The notes under the pieces are model-generated. The model had not been told where the DNA came from. It did no database searches and worked only from the letters and a program-made list of their open reading frames with translations. Made by a program: the position numbers and the translations under genes. Of a stretch of DNA of 64,000 nt, positions 48,101-61,618 are shown one piece after another (position 1 is the stretch's first letter; each line of letters opens with the position of its first letter). Location: the NCBI GenBank assembly GCA_032718475.1, contig JAUCBJ010009113.1, forward strand, positions 11,722 to 75,721, written 5' to 3'. The stretch comes from Nemertoderma westbladi. Its lineage: Eukaryota; Animalia; Xenacoelomorpha.

Positions 48101-51100
48101 ATATTTTCTTTTGAGTATTCCATTATATTTATAAAGTATGTAAAATCATTTTGAGAAAGTCACACGCTATTTGGTACACAAACACCCTATATGGGACACA
48201 AACACCCTATATGGGACATAAACAACCTATTTGGGACAAATTTAAATTAAAGCTATGATAGTGAATTCTATATTCTTTTGAGTATTCCATTACATTTCGA
48301 AACTATTTGAAATCTATTATAAGCACTTCACACCCTTTACGGGACACAAACACCCTATATGGGACAAAAACAACCTATTTGGGACAAATTGAAATTAAAG
48401 CTATGGTAGTGAATTCTATTTTCTTTTTAGTATTCCATTACATTTCGAAACTATTTGGAATCATTATAAGCACTTCACACCCTATTCCGGACACAAACAC
48501 CCTATATGGGACACAAACAACCTATTTGAGTCAAATTTAAATTAAAGCTATGATAGTGGATTCTATTTTCTTTTGAGTATTTCCATTATATTTATAAACT
48601 ATGTAAAATAATTTTGAGAAAGTCATACGCTATTTGGCACACAAACACCCTATATGGGACAAAAACAACCTATTTGGGACAAATTTAAAGTAAAGCTATG
48701 ATACTGAATTATATTTTCTTTTGAGTATTCCATGAGATTTAGAAACTAATTAAAATCATTTTGAGAAAGTAACACGCTATTTGGGACACAAACACCCTAT
48801 ATGGGACACAAACAACCTATTTGGGACAAATTTAAATGAAAGCTATGATAGTGAATTCTATTTTCTTTTAAGTATTCCATTACATTTCGAAACTATTTGG
48901 AATCATTATAAGCACTTCACACCCTATACCGGACATAAACACCCTATATGGGACACAAACAACCTATTTGGGACAAATTTAAATTAAAGCTATGATAGTG
49001 GATTCTATTTTCTTTTTGAGTATTTCCATTATATTTATAAACTATGTAAATTTATTTTGAGAAAGTCACACATAATTTGGGACACAAACACCCTATATGG
49101 GACACAAACACCCTATATGGGACATAAACAACCTATTTGGGACAAATTTAAATTAAAGCTATGATAGTGGATTCTATTTTCTTTTGAGTATTTCCATTAT
49201 ATTTATAAACCATGTAAAATAATTTTGAGAAAGTCATACGCTATTTGGCACGCAAACACCCTATATGGGACAAAAACAACCTATTTGGGACAAATTTAAA
49301 TTAAAGCTATGATACTGAATTATATTTTCGTTTGTTTATTCCATTATATTTATAAACTATGTAAAATCATTTTGAGAAAGTCACACGCTATTTGGGACAC
49401 AAACACCCTATATGGGACACAAACACCCTATATGGGACATAAACAACCTATTTGGGACAAATTTAAATTAAAGCTATGATAGTGGATTCTATTTTCTTTT
49501 GAGTATTTCCATTATATTTATAAACTATGTAAAATAATTTTGAGAAAGTCATACGCTATTTGGCACACAAACACCCTATATGGGACAAAAACAACCTATT
49601 TGGGACAAATTTAAATTAAAGCTATGATACTGAATTATATTTTCTTTTGAGTATTCCATGAGATTTAGAAACTAATTAAAATCATTTTGAGAAAGTAACA
49701 CGCTATTTGGGACACAAACACCCTATATGGGACACAAACAACCTATTTGGGACAAATTTAAATGAAAGCTATGATAGTGAATTCTATTTTCTTTTAAGTA
49801 TTCCATTACATTTCGAAACTACTTGGAATCATTATAAGCACTTCACACCCTATACCGGACATAAACACCCTATATGGGACACAAACAACCTATTTGGGAC
49901 AAATTTAAATTAAAGCTATGATAGTGGATTCTATTTTCTTTTTGAGTATTTCCATTATATTTATAAACTATGTAAATTCATTTTGAGAAAGTCACACATA
50001 ATTTGGGACACAAACACCCTATATGGGACACAAACACCCTATATGGGACATAAACAACCTATTTGGGACAAATTTAAATTAAAGCTATGATACTGAATTA
50101 TATTTTCTTTTGAGTATTCCATTACATTTCGAAACTATTTCGAATCATTATAAGCACTTCACACCCTATACCGGACACAAACACCCTATATGGGAAACAA
50201 ACAACCTATTTGGGACAAATTTAAATTAAAGCTATGATAGTGGATTCTATTTTCTTTTGAGTATTTCCATTATATTTATAAACTATGTAAAATCATTTTG
50301 AGAAAGTCATACGCTATTTGGCACACAAACACCCTATATGGGACAAAAACAACCTATTTGGGACAAATTTAAATTAAAGCTATGATACTGAATTATATTT
50401 TCTTTTGAGTATTCCATTACATTTCGAAACTATTTCGAATCATTATAAGCACTTCACACCCTATACCGGACACAAACACCCTATATGGGAAACAAACAAC
50501 CTATTTGGGACAAATTTAAATTAAAGCTATGATAGTGGATTCTATTTTCTTTTGAGTATTTCCATTATATTTATAAACTATGTAAAATAATTTTGAGAAA
50601 GTCATACGCTATTTGGCACACAAACACCCTATATGGGACAAAAACAACCTATTTGGGACAAATTTAAATTAAAGCTATGATACTGAATTATATTTTCTTT
50701 TGAGTATTCCATGAGATTTAGAAAATAATTAAAATCATTTTGAGAAAGTAACACGCTATTTGGGACACAAACACCCTATATGGGACACAAACAACATATT
50801 TGGGACAAATTTAAATGAAAGCTATGATAGTGAATTCTATTTTCTTTTAAGTATTCCATTACATTTCCAAACTATTTGGAATCATTATAAGCACTTCACA
50901 CCCTATACCGGACATAAACACCCTATATGGGACACAAACAACCTATTTGGGACAAATTTAAATTAAAGCTATGATAGTGGATTCTATTTTCTTTTTGAGT
51001 ATTTCCATTATATTTATAAACTATGTAAATTCATTTTGAGACAGTCACACATAATTTGGGACACAAACACCCAATATGGGACACAAACACCCTATATGGG

Positions 51101-52787
51101 ACATAAACAACCTATTTGGGACAAATTTAAATTAAAGCTATGATAGTGGATTCTATTTTCTTTTGAGTATTTCCATTATATTTATAAACTATGTAAAATA
51201 ATTTTGCGAAAGTCATACGCTATTTGGCACGCAAACACCCTATATGGGACAAAAACAACCTATTTGGGACAAATTTAAATTAAAGCTATGATACTGAATT
51301 ATATTTTCGTTTGTTTATTCCATTATATTTATAAACTATGTAAAATCATTTTGAGAAAGTCATACGCTATTTGGGACACAAACACCCTATATGGGACACA
51401 AACACCCTATATGGGACATAAACAACCTATTTGGGACAAATTTAAATTAAAGCTATGATACTGAATTATATTTTCGTTTGTTTATTCCATTATATTTATA
51501 AACTATGTAAAATCATTTTGAGAAAGTCATACGCTATTTGGGACACAAACACCCTATATGGGACACAAACACCCTATATGGGACACAAACAACCTATTTG
51601 GGACAAATTTAAATGAAAGCTATGATGGTGAATTCTATATTCTTTTGGGTATTCCATTACATTTCGAAACTATTTGAAATCATTATAAGCACTTCACACC
51701 CTATACCGGACACAAACACCCTATATGGGACATAAACAACCTATTCGGGACAAATTTAAATTAAAGCTATGATAGTGGATTCTATTTTCTTTTGAGTATT
51801 TCCATTATATTTATAAACTCGTAAAATCATTTTGAGAAAGTCATACGCTATTTGGGACACAACCACCCTATATGGGACACAAACACCCTATATGGGACAC
51901 AAACACCCTATATGGGACACAAACAACCTATTTGGGACAAATTTAAATGAAAGCTATGGTGGTGAATTCTATATTCTTTTGGGTATTCCATTACATTTCG
52001 AAACTATTCGAAATCATTATAAGCACTTCACACCCTATACGGGACACAAACACCCTATATGGGACACAAACAACCTATTTGAGTCAAATTTAAGACTTAT
52101 TAAGGACTATTTGGGATGAAGTTGAGTCTGGGGGAGGAGGTTGCGATATCACTAATTTGATTGTCATTTAATTATTATTATACGAATGTATTTAGATTTA
52201 TTATATGTGAATAAATTGCACCACATGAATAAATTGCACAATGAATAAATTTGCACAACATGAATAAATTGCACAATATGAATAAATTGCACAACATGAA
52301 ATGAAATAACGTGACCATGGTGACACTATAGCCTATAATGCATCACAGTCTTACAGGCCATTTGCAAGGCGCCCACAGTATATCTTTAACCATAACTAGG
52401 GCACATGTATTCCAAATGCCCTTATTTAGAATGGGAATTTCCACTGTACATATACCTCAACCAGCTCTTGTCCCAAATACGTTGCTCTGTCCAGTATAGT
52501 TTGTTATAATGAGCCCCGGATTCGTAGCTGACACTTGGATTATATATCAGTGGAATTTTCCATTAACCTTTACATTATATAGCCAATAAGGGAGATGCCT
52601 AACTTTAGGAATGTTGGTATTGGTTCGATGACGAGGAGTTGGCTCATATGATGATTTCATTGGATGCCCCTATATTGGACAGGTTGGAAATCATTACACA
52701 ACGTATTTGGGACAGGTAGGAATAATAGAAAGCCCCATAGAAGTGAAGGGAAACACCCTATTCTGGACAATGATGTAGACACTACTC
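39142..52787. mobile_element. Non-autonomous foldback DNA transposon (13.6 kb) with long inverted arms and internal satellite
   Basis: 8-bp direct repeat AGCTTAGC at 39134-39141 and 52788-52795. ~700 bp of unique inverted arm (39142-~39850 vs ~52085-52787) continues into oppositely oriented satellite arrays meeting at ~42160-42190. No transposase ORF. Confidence 0.85.
39855..52085. repeat. ~147-170-bp satellite with 20-bp subrepeats and higher-order structure
   Basis: Subrepeat GGGACACAAACACCCTATAT. A 442-bp trimer period is seen at 42719, 43161, 43603 and 44045, and a 3516-bp duplication at 44791/48307, 45265/48781, 46191/49707 and 47244/50760. Minus orientation before ~42160, plus after. 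Confidence 0.95.
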
Positions 52788-53108
52788 AGCTTAGCACGTC
52801 TTTAAATTTAGATATAATTGGTTCTTTAACCTCAATAATTATGATTGGTTAATTTAACTAAAAATTTGAATGACTGTACTCCTTCCCTTAATTAATTATT
52901 AGAATGCACTTAAATCTGCTTCAAATATTACAGTCTGACAGTAGGCGCAGGCCTACAGTACATCGACGGAAGAGTGCACTCTCAATGGTATTATTATGCC
53001 ATTGTATTCAGTTCAGCCCAAGGACTACTATACTATCAGACTATATTACAGGACTGGCATACTGTTGTACTGCCTGATCCTACTTCGCTAGGGGTCCTAC
53101 TAAATACT

Positions 53109-53243
53109 ACAAAAAGCACAAAACAAGCACAAAAAAGCACAAAAAAGTCAAGAAAAGCACAAAAAAGCACAAAAAAAGCACAAAAAAGCACAAAAAAGGT
53201 AAAAAAAGCACAAAAAAGTAAAAAAAAAAGCACAAAAAAGCAA
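53109..53243. repeat. A-rich (AAAAAAGCAC)n low-complexity repeat
   Basis: Degenerate 10-11-bp units. Confidence 0.85.
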
Positions 53244-53688
53244 ACTGATCGTTTATTGAGCTTATAATACAATACAGTAGAACAGATGATAGAAGCAATA
53301 TCATGTAGTGCAGTAGTGTCTAGGCTACCGGAAGGATAATCACATGTCCAGTATGCTTTCATGTCATATAGCTGCCAGTGAGTGAGCACCAGCACGAGCA
53401 CTTACATAGGTACAGCCCTACCACGAGCACCCAAGTGCAATATCAGGCTAATGCAGTAATGTCAGAATGTAAAGATGGTTCAATTCAAATATCAGGATAG
53501 AACTTATAATACTGTAATAGACTTTGTTATTGTCACATTATGTCAACTTATCAGCGTTCTGTTTAATTACTTTAATTTATTCACCGATAAATCGACATAC
53601 TGTACAATTATCACATCACGGTCTGCCCGAACCTCTCGAGTGGGTGATCGATAACGTCTGAGGACGATCGATAACGTCTGAGGACAAG

Positions 53689-55080
53689 CAGTTAGGTACA
53701 ATGGCCAAATCTGGCAATGATTGTGATTGCCATATTTGGCAACCAAGCAAAATTTGGCAACATTTCTGATTGCCTGATTTGGCAACTATATAAAGCCGTT
53801 GTTGCCATATTTGGCAACTTAACTAACTCATTGAATATGGATTATATGGTTCTGCGTCATTAAGTCCTTCTATGGCAGTATGGTCATTCCTTAGATCCTG
53901 AAATGTTAATGTTAGGCCTAGAAAAAAGGCAAAGGGGTAGGGCCAGGTTACAGGTTATACTTATACCAGTAGTGGCATATTCTAAGTTCTAACCAATACA
54001 GCAATATATCCTAATAAATGAGGTGAGAATGAGAGTCAATAACACAAACACAGACTGACTGGTGATAGTTTTTTTGCTTTTTTGACATTTTTGCTAGTAA
54101 TCTCTGGCGCTGCTTGGGGAGGTGGTTCATTGTTTAGTAGTTAAAGATTGTAACTGTCTGACTGTGTAATGCTGATACAATTGCCCAGCAATCTAAATCA
54201 TCCTTTACTCTATATCAGTTCAGTATATCTATCTTTCCATTCCTACATCAGTCCATACAGACATATAATGAAAATAATTTCATCCCGTTTTTCATTAGCT
54301 GATTAGGGCATAGGCCTACTAGAAACAATTTGTTGAATCCCTTAACCTGTTAACACGCGTTTTGGTTTTCTCAGTCTTTCTAAATTTTGACACTATTTTT
54401 CTTCCGTCACGCTGTTTCTCAGACTTTAATGCCCCCTTGCCTTCTTGCTGCCTTTTGGTGATGTTAACGTTCTGACGTTGTCAAATATTATTACGTTTAT
54501 TTCCATTTCAGCCTTTGAAGCATGTGATTCTTTAGATTTGTTTATGCCTATACCATAGGCAGATAGGAGGGCCTATACCAGTCTACCAGTACGGTATCTG
54601 TTACAGACTCATCCATCTGTCCATTAACATATTAACAACATATCAAATAGGCCTACATTCTGACATTTCATCAACTAATAATGTTTATAAATCATCACAA
54701 CTCGACAAGGGTAAGCAAGATGTAAGCAATTTTGAAGTAATTTACAATGAAAGGGTTACTGACAGGGCTGCACAATAATAATTGTTGCCAAAAATGGCAA
54801 CCATTATTTTTCTTTAATTCTAATGGTTGCCAAAAATGGCAATAATTATTTTAGGCACATTTCGGCCTATTGCTAAGAGAAATTCAGACGATTATTTTTT
54901 TTCTTATACGGTCAATTATATTTAAATTTCGCGCTCTTTTCACTTAACTATTAACCAAAATGCGATTTTGCTTCTGGGCGTGCGAAAATTAGAAAAACCA
55001 AAAGTTGCCAGATTTGGCAATAAACATTGCCATATGTGGCAACTTTTGAGGTTGCCAGATTTGGCCATTGTACCTAACTG
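53689..55080. mobile_element. Non-autonomous DNA transposon with 29-bp TIRs (possibly Tc1/pogo-like)
   Basis: CAGTTAGGTACAATGGCCAAATCTGGCAA at 53689 and its exact reverse complement ending at 55080; internal TTGCCA..TGGCAA palindromes. TA lies on the right flank only, so the superfamily is uncertain. Confidence 0.8.
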
Positions 55081-55906
55081 TATTAGCTGATTAGGCCGCC
55101 ACAGTAGGTTGCACGACCGTAGCCCGTCGGTGTTGGTAGTTCTGTAGTTGGCTATGTCAACCCTTGGCTGCTCGACCCACGAACTGCCAAACACGGAAAC
55201 AGCCAAAGGCAGGGAAAAGTTGAACCGATAATTCGCGAACAACGATCACAGGGTTTGGATTAACTGATTAATTTGGAATCTGTTACCAGTTTATCTACTA
55301 CTACAGTTTATCTACTGGTAAATGGTAATTCCGTAATTATACCTGTCTGTGACTGTGATAGGGATAGCCTACCCTGCTACATGGCCCTGGCGGGTGCTGG
55401 CAGGATGCAGGACTGGGTGACGTTTGGTTGAATACGGTCAGACAGTCAGACGGTACTTGGCCGCCTGCCTGGCACCTGGAAACCTGGATGGATTATCAAA
55501 TTATTGGATACCAGGATACGTAAGTCTGTAAGTCCTACCTACCGCATGCCGCAGTACCGTACCGGTAGGCGGTAGATCAGTACATAGCAGCATAGGCAGA
55601 TAGCAGATAGGCCTGCCAACCCATGCTGCCATGCTACTGTGCTACCGATAATACAAATGTTCTAAATGTGCTCTACATTCAGTACGATTACCATGTCCGC
55701 GCGGTTCTAGCCTTCGCGGACAAGTCCAGTGCTGTAGTGAACCTTACAGAATTTTAGGTACTGCAATAACAGAATAAAGTCGAAAGTATGTACCGGTACT
55801 CGGTACTGCAGTACTGGTACCATGTTCGGTATATGTCCATTGTCATTGTGTAATGTCAGACTGTACCGTCTGACCGTAGTACAAACTGAAACTTCTTAAC
55901 TTCCTA

Positions 55907-56080
55907 CACTGTAAACCCGTATGCAGTTTTTGAATTAACTTAGTTATGGTGAAACAACTTCACCATAAACGAATGGCATCGTTACTATAACAATGTTATG
56001 GTGATGTAAACCATTAGTGAATTAGCCATTTTGCACACAAATATGTTGTATTGAATATTGTATTTTTACCATAACAATTT
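55907..56080 (+). mobile_element. Possible left terminus of an EnSpm/CACTA-type element
   Basis: CACTGTAAACCC followed by GTTATGGTGA/CACCATAA subterminal-like repeats. The matching right end is not in the window. Confidence 0.3.
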
Positions 56081-56755
56081 TGTGCTGTTTGTACCTTAGT
56101 TGTTTAGCTTTTCAATATAGACACTCAATTTCCTATTGGTCAATAGACTTTAGCGCCTTAAATTTAAGCATAGCCCCTTAACTTCGTAACTTCTGCTAAC
56201 TTCTCTGCTTCTGGTACCAGTACCGGTACTGCAGTAATCTAGTAGTAACAGTAAGTCGCAGTGTTCTGGTGTTGGTTTGTCATATTCTGACATCACTTCA
56301 TCAGCCAGCGCACTCTGCACTCAGACACTCCACACTCTTTCAACAGCTCAGTCTGTCATTACCTACAGCCTACCGGTCTGCCGGTACATTACTGTATTAC
56401 ATTTACATTGATGTACCGGTCAGCCGGTAGCGGTAGGCGGTAGGTAGTACTGTAGTATGGTCTGACACTGACAGACCTGCAGACTCAGAGACTGACAGTA
56501 GTAGCAGTAGGTAGCCTATCCAGTTGCCAGTACAGCCGTATACAGGTATAGCTATAGGCTGATAGACCCCCTATTAGCCTACATTATTGTATTGTTATTA
56601 CTGTATTACATTAGCAATTAGGGCCTATTGTATTACATTATTGTATTAGGCCATTACTGCATTAGGCAGAGTGTTAGTTAACTTAACCATCAATCAATAT
56701 ATTTTGCAACATTTGCAATTTGTGCTTAAATAAGGCCTACCGCCCTACCGGTACA

Positions 56756-58430
56756 CCAGGTTGGAATTCATGCTGCAAAACTCGGACGCGTACCTGCGCG
56801 AATGACCGCAAACCAGATGCGCGTTGCGCGTTTGGGTGAGACAGGTGCGCGTTCGGGTGTGAGACAGGTGCGCGTTGCGCCTCAGCGCGCAGCTCTGCCT
56901 CTGATGCGCACCACAAATTAATTGAAATCACGAAAATACACAAAAAAAATTTCGCTCGCTGCGCTCGCATTAGTTTCTCATTTCCAATTCTTCAAACAGT
57001 CAAATCACTTCACCATAATACTGTAATACCGGCAACCGGAGCTGAATTTGTCTATTTATTTTAACTACAGTACTCTATTGTTGTATTGTTATTAGGTCTA
57101 TGCTATGCCGATGTTACGTTAGTAAACAGGTAAAGTCAGAAAGTAACAATGTATTATAAGTATGACTTAATTATAAGCCAACTGTATGTTTAAGCCTAAT
57201 TGTTAGGTAGGCCTATACAAAGTATTATTGGCCTGTTGGCAGACTGGTACCAGGGCTGGCAAAGTAGGTTTTTGTAAACCTAGGTTTTTGTAGGTTTTTG
57301 TCAAAAACCTAAAATTTGAAAAAAGCCTAAAACTAGGTTTTTAGGTTTTTGATTTTTCATCTTTAATTTGCCGTTTAATTTCATGTGTACACTCAAAACA
57401 ACTGACAACTACTGCTGTACTGACACTGCTGACAGCTGAGACTGACTATCGCTTAGGCAGTTAGGTAGGTACTGCAACTGCAGTAACTGCACTTTCACTG
57501 CCACCAACCAGCTGGCTGGCTGGAGCTGACAGATGCAAGTTAGCAGTCAGACAGTCAGATGGTCAGATAGTACTGCTGTAAGTGTAAGCCTACTTTGTAC
57601 AGGTTTATATAATTGTAACTAATCTGACAATGAAACCTGACAGACTCATTCTTTCAAACAATTTTGTATCATAGTCAGATAACAGGATAGCCTGATAGCT
57701 GGATAGTGTATCTATAAAATATAATCTTGATTCTTGACCAAATATGGCCCCATACTGCCATATAACTGTATAATTTATCTAATCATTTACCAATCAGGTC
57801 AATCTAATCAATCAATATACAAATACATAAATACTACAAAAACCTAGCGAAATACTACAAAAACCTAGCGAAAACCTTCAAAAACCTGCAAAAACCTCCC
57901 AAAAACCTACAAAAACCTTGCAAAAACCTAAAACCTAAAAATATTTCTGAAAAACCTATGGTTTTTGCCAGCCCTGACTGGTACCTATTTCAATATTAGT
58001 TTTTTTGAAATTACCGGTACATGTTTTGTTTGTAATCTAAAATAATATTTTCTGTTATAAAAGCAGTGAGCCCGATGGGCCACCATAGTAGTGGATTAAA
58101 AAAATATTTTTTAATATTAACAATTTTGATGTTGCAAAAATTACATTTATTGGATTTATTATGTAAGCCTAGATTCAACGTACAGCTGTACAGACAGACA
58201 GACGTAAAGATAAGCTTAAAACGCTCAAACTTGTAAAATAGGCTAGGAATGTAAAATTGTTCTTATGAACTGTGCGATTTTTTGAGATATGCATGACATG
58301 AGCTGCGCGATTTTGTTTGGATTATGACATACAGACATATGATGAGGTGCGCGACGAGCCAATTTCAGGTGCGCGGTGATTTCAAAACAACAAAGCGTAC
58401 CTGCGCGCTCATGCATGAATTCCAACCTGG
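56756..58430. mobile_element. Non-autonomous hAT-like element with 18-bp TIRs
   Basis: CCAGGTTGGAATTCATGC ... GCATGAATTCCAACCTGG; 8-bp TSD CCGGTACA at 56748-56755 and 58431-58438. Confidence 0.88.
57251..57976. mobile_element. hAT-type MITE nested in the previous element
   Basis: CAGGGCTGGCAAA ... TTTGCCAGCCCTG; 8-bp TSD ACTGGTAC at 57243-57250 and 57977-57984; AAAAACCT subterminal repeats. Confidence 0.9.
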
Positions 58431-59465
58431 CCGGTACATTGATTTAGTTTGCAGTTTTTTCTAAAATTTGTATCATACCGGTACTTATACGTTGATTTTG
58501 CAAAATTTGTGCGTAAATTCATTGATTTAGTTTGCAGTTTTTTCTAATATGTTTTGTCTTATTTACTGGCTGACTGGTGTCAGGATGTCACAATGCAATC
58601 ATTGCAATCACTTGTTTCAAAAGTTTTTCAATTGTCAGATTCTTCAAACCAATAAAACCATGACAGCCTGCATGATTCAGCAGAATTTCCGTGCTCGCTA
58701 CGCTCACCAGCTCGCTACGCTCGCCAGCTCGCAATTTCATGACATCTGCATTTCTGCATTTGAAAACAGTCGGTTTGCCTACTTTAAATGCTGAAATGTT
58801 AAAATTTTCGTGCTCGCTACGCTCGCATCTTAATCACATCCGCATTTAAAAACAGTCAGTTAGGTTGACCTACTACTACTAACTACAGCACTATCTGACT
58901 ATTACAGTATTACCTGATTACTGTCAGACTGTATTTATGTTAACATAATTGGGAAATTTCCTTGCTCGCTACGCTTGCATTTTAATGTTAAAATACTGTA
59001 GGGCTACAGCATTATAAACTGAGAAATTATTACAACTGACTGACTGAGCAATTACTGCAAAATTTCATGGTCAATTGTTGGCTTGGCGCGCATTAGATAT
59101 CATGGCTGGCGCGATTTTCATTTAACCAGAACGCGTGTGGCGCGCTTTTTGTCAGTATTCCATATAGGATGCAATGAAAGTCTTTTTCGTTTTTAAACTT
59201 CAATTTACTTGTTAAATAGGCTAGGCATATTGTTAGGCCTATATGTTAAATATCCTAAAATATTTTATCTTTACTCAGTTAGGCCTACTTCTGTACTTAA
59301 ACCTTATATTTCTGTATTTGAAATTTGAAAAAATTTCAAATTATAGGCCTACGGCAGACAGATACAGATAATACTGTAATATTATTATTATTAGTCTATA
59401 TATATAGGGCCTACTACCAAACGACATCCGTATATATAATATAATATATATCATTGTGAGCTAGA

Positions 59466-61615
59466 ATGACATCTGCGGAGTCAGAATGGATTGCCTTTTT
59501 ATCAAAGTACTCGTTTACAGAGGAAACACTTCAAAAATTTAAAGAAGGTGGAATTAATTCGACTGTTGCTCTTCAATTGACACCATTTGAGGAATTATCT
59601 TCCCTCAAATTTCAAATTGGGCAAGTAAATCTTGTAAAGAAGGCTCAAAATGATATCTCTAGTATGTTTCATGGACAAGATACTGTTTCTGGTACTGGTA
59701 TTCAAGCAATTCCTGGGTCGAGTATGTCTGCAGCTCCTATTCTTCGTTGTAACACCGCAACATTCGCTAACAGTTTTGTTATGCCACAATATGGCATTGA
59801 TATAGAACAAAGAATGAAATACATTGAATCCCCCGCTAATCTAGTCACTCAGAAGAAACTGAAGGGTTTGCTTCCAACCCCACTTGTCCAGGCAATGCAT
59901 GAGATTAATGCATATCCTACACTTATGGACTTCCGACTTGTAGCTATGGAATTGATAACGCGATTCCCACAACTTAAATCTCAAGATCCTTTGGATACAG
60001 CTGGTATCGAAGTATGGGTTATCCGTCTCCAAAGTAAGATGAGTGACCTCCGCCGTGAATTAGCTAAGTATGGGTCTGCAGAGGTTGCGGTTAATTCAGG
60101 AAAGAGGAAAGGTGTCAACACCAATAAAAATATTAAGAAAGCCAGACGAGGAGTAGTGAACTATTTCCCAGAGAAGTCTCTAAATGTCACTGCAGACATG
60201 GAAGAAACATCAATTATATCTATGCAATCGGAAATGAATACTATGGAGACAGATTCTGTGGATGATGTCTGTGGGTCAACTCCGAGCCCAACTCTTATAG
60301 TTGAAATGCATACAACATTTCCTACTAGGAGGAAGGATGTAGTTTCAAACATGCCCGTGAATGACATCATCGCTAAGTGGCCTGCACTAAAGGAATTCGA
60401 CATTGTTAGTACAGAAATGGCATATGTGATATGTATTTATATTTTACATATATTTGTCTGGTTCACACTCCCTATAGTTATATTTTGTTGTGGCTAGGCT
60501 ATATGATATATTATTATTGGTTGTACCGCAACTCCGTAATGGGCTTTAGTTAAAAGGATTAAAGAAAGTAATTTTTTAACCATTTATCTCTAGGTTTGTC
60601 AGGAATTCCGTCTCCTAACGAATATGGATTTAGACTGGAAGTTATTAGAACCTCACACATCAAACCTCATAAAAATATTCAAATCTACTTCCCCGACATC
60701 GCGTCGTATGGCAATTGAGAAAGAGATGAAACGGGCTGAGGCATGGGGCTGTTCGAGTAGAGTTTCTATTTTGATGGGCCTTAATGAATATTTCCAAGGT
60801 TCATCAATAGAAATAAGGGATCCTGTAAGTACCAGTACTTCGATACGATAGCTTCAGTAGCGCTATCCGATTCTACCACCCTCACCCCTGGCACTTGCCT
60901 TTCTATTTATTCCACTTCTATTGAAAAGACGCGGGCCTACTAGCCTTAAGAGGGAATTACAAATAAATAAATATATGTTTGCGAAAAAATATATTTTTAA
61001 TATTTTACTTCTGTTTAAGGTTTTGGTGGTTGGTGGAGTAGAATTAAAAAGCAGTGTGCTACAGTTCCATAACACATTCTCGTTTATAAATTAATAATTT
61101 AGCTGAATTGTGACGATAAATTTTTATTTTAATTGGCCCATCAAACAAATTTTTTGATCTTTTTTTCATCTTTTGACCTTAATCACCACTTCTAAACTTT
61201 TGAATTTTTATGTGTTATTCATTTATTTAGAATTGATATATTATAATTTAACAATTTTGTTGTGACATTTTTTCGAACACCCCCCCCCCCCCCCCCCCTC
61301 CTCACATGTGTAACAAGTTGATTTCCATTTTTCCAATATTGATCACAACATTATTTTTATTTTGTTTATACAGGAAGACGCCGAAACTCCAGGATTTGGG
61401 GATTTGGAAAGTGACGAGTCACGCACTGGAGAGCTCGGTGCAACTGTTTCTTACATGGAATTGATACAGCTGTTCTTTTTGCCGTCGGACTTATATTTTC
61501 ACTCAATTTTATTTACCCCGATCCCCTATTCGATGTTATTGATTCTTTGCTAACGGGTACCAACCCGTATTATACCAAGAGTAGACGGCTGCGTTCTAAT
61601 TTATACTCATATTAG
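59466..61615 (+). pseudogene. SAMD3-like gene (N-terminal SAM-like domain), three exons, apparent frameshift in the last exon
   Basis: Exons 59466-60404, 60594-60824 and 61374-61615 have phase-0 GT-AG introns. Motifs KMxxxRxxLxxxGxxEVxVNSxKRK, KKARRGVVNYFP, MxxTFxxRR, KWPAL and QEFRLLT are present; GLIFSLNFIYP appears in a shifted frame near 61490. Family recognised from memory only. Confidence 0.65.
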
Positions 61616-61618
61616 AAG

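Noticed and set aside
42719-52119. Repeated 68-95 aa ORFs (MGHKHPIWDTNN...)
   Set aside because: Translations of satellite monomers, mostly with TTG starts and no coding signal.
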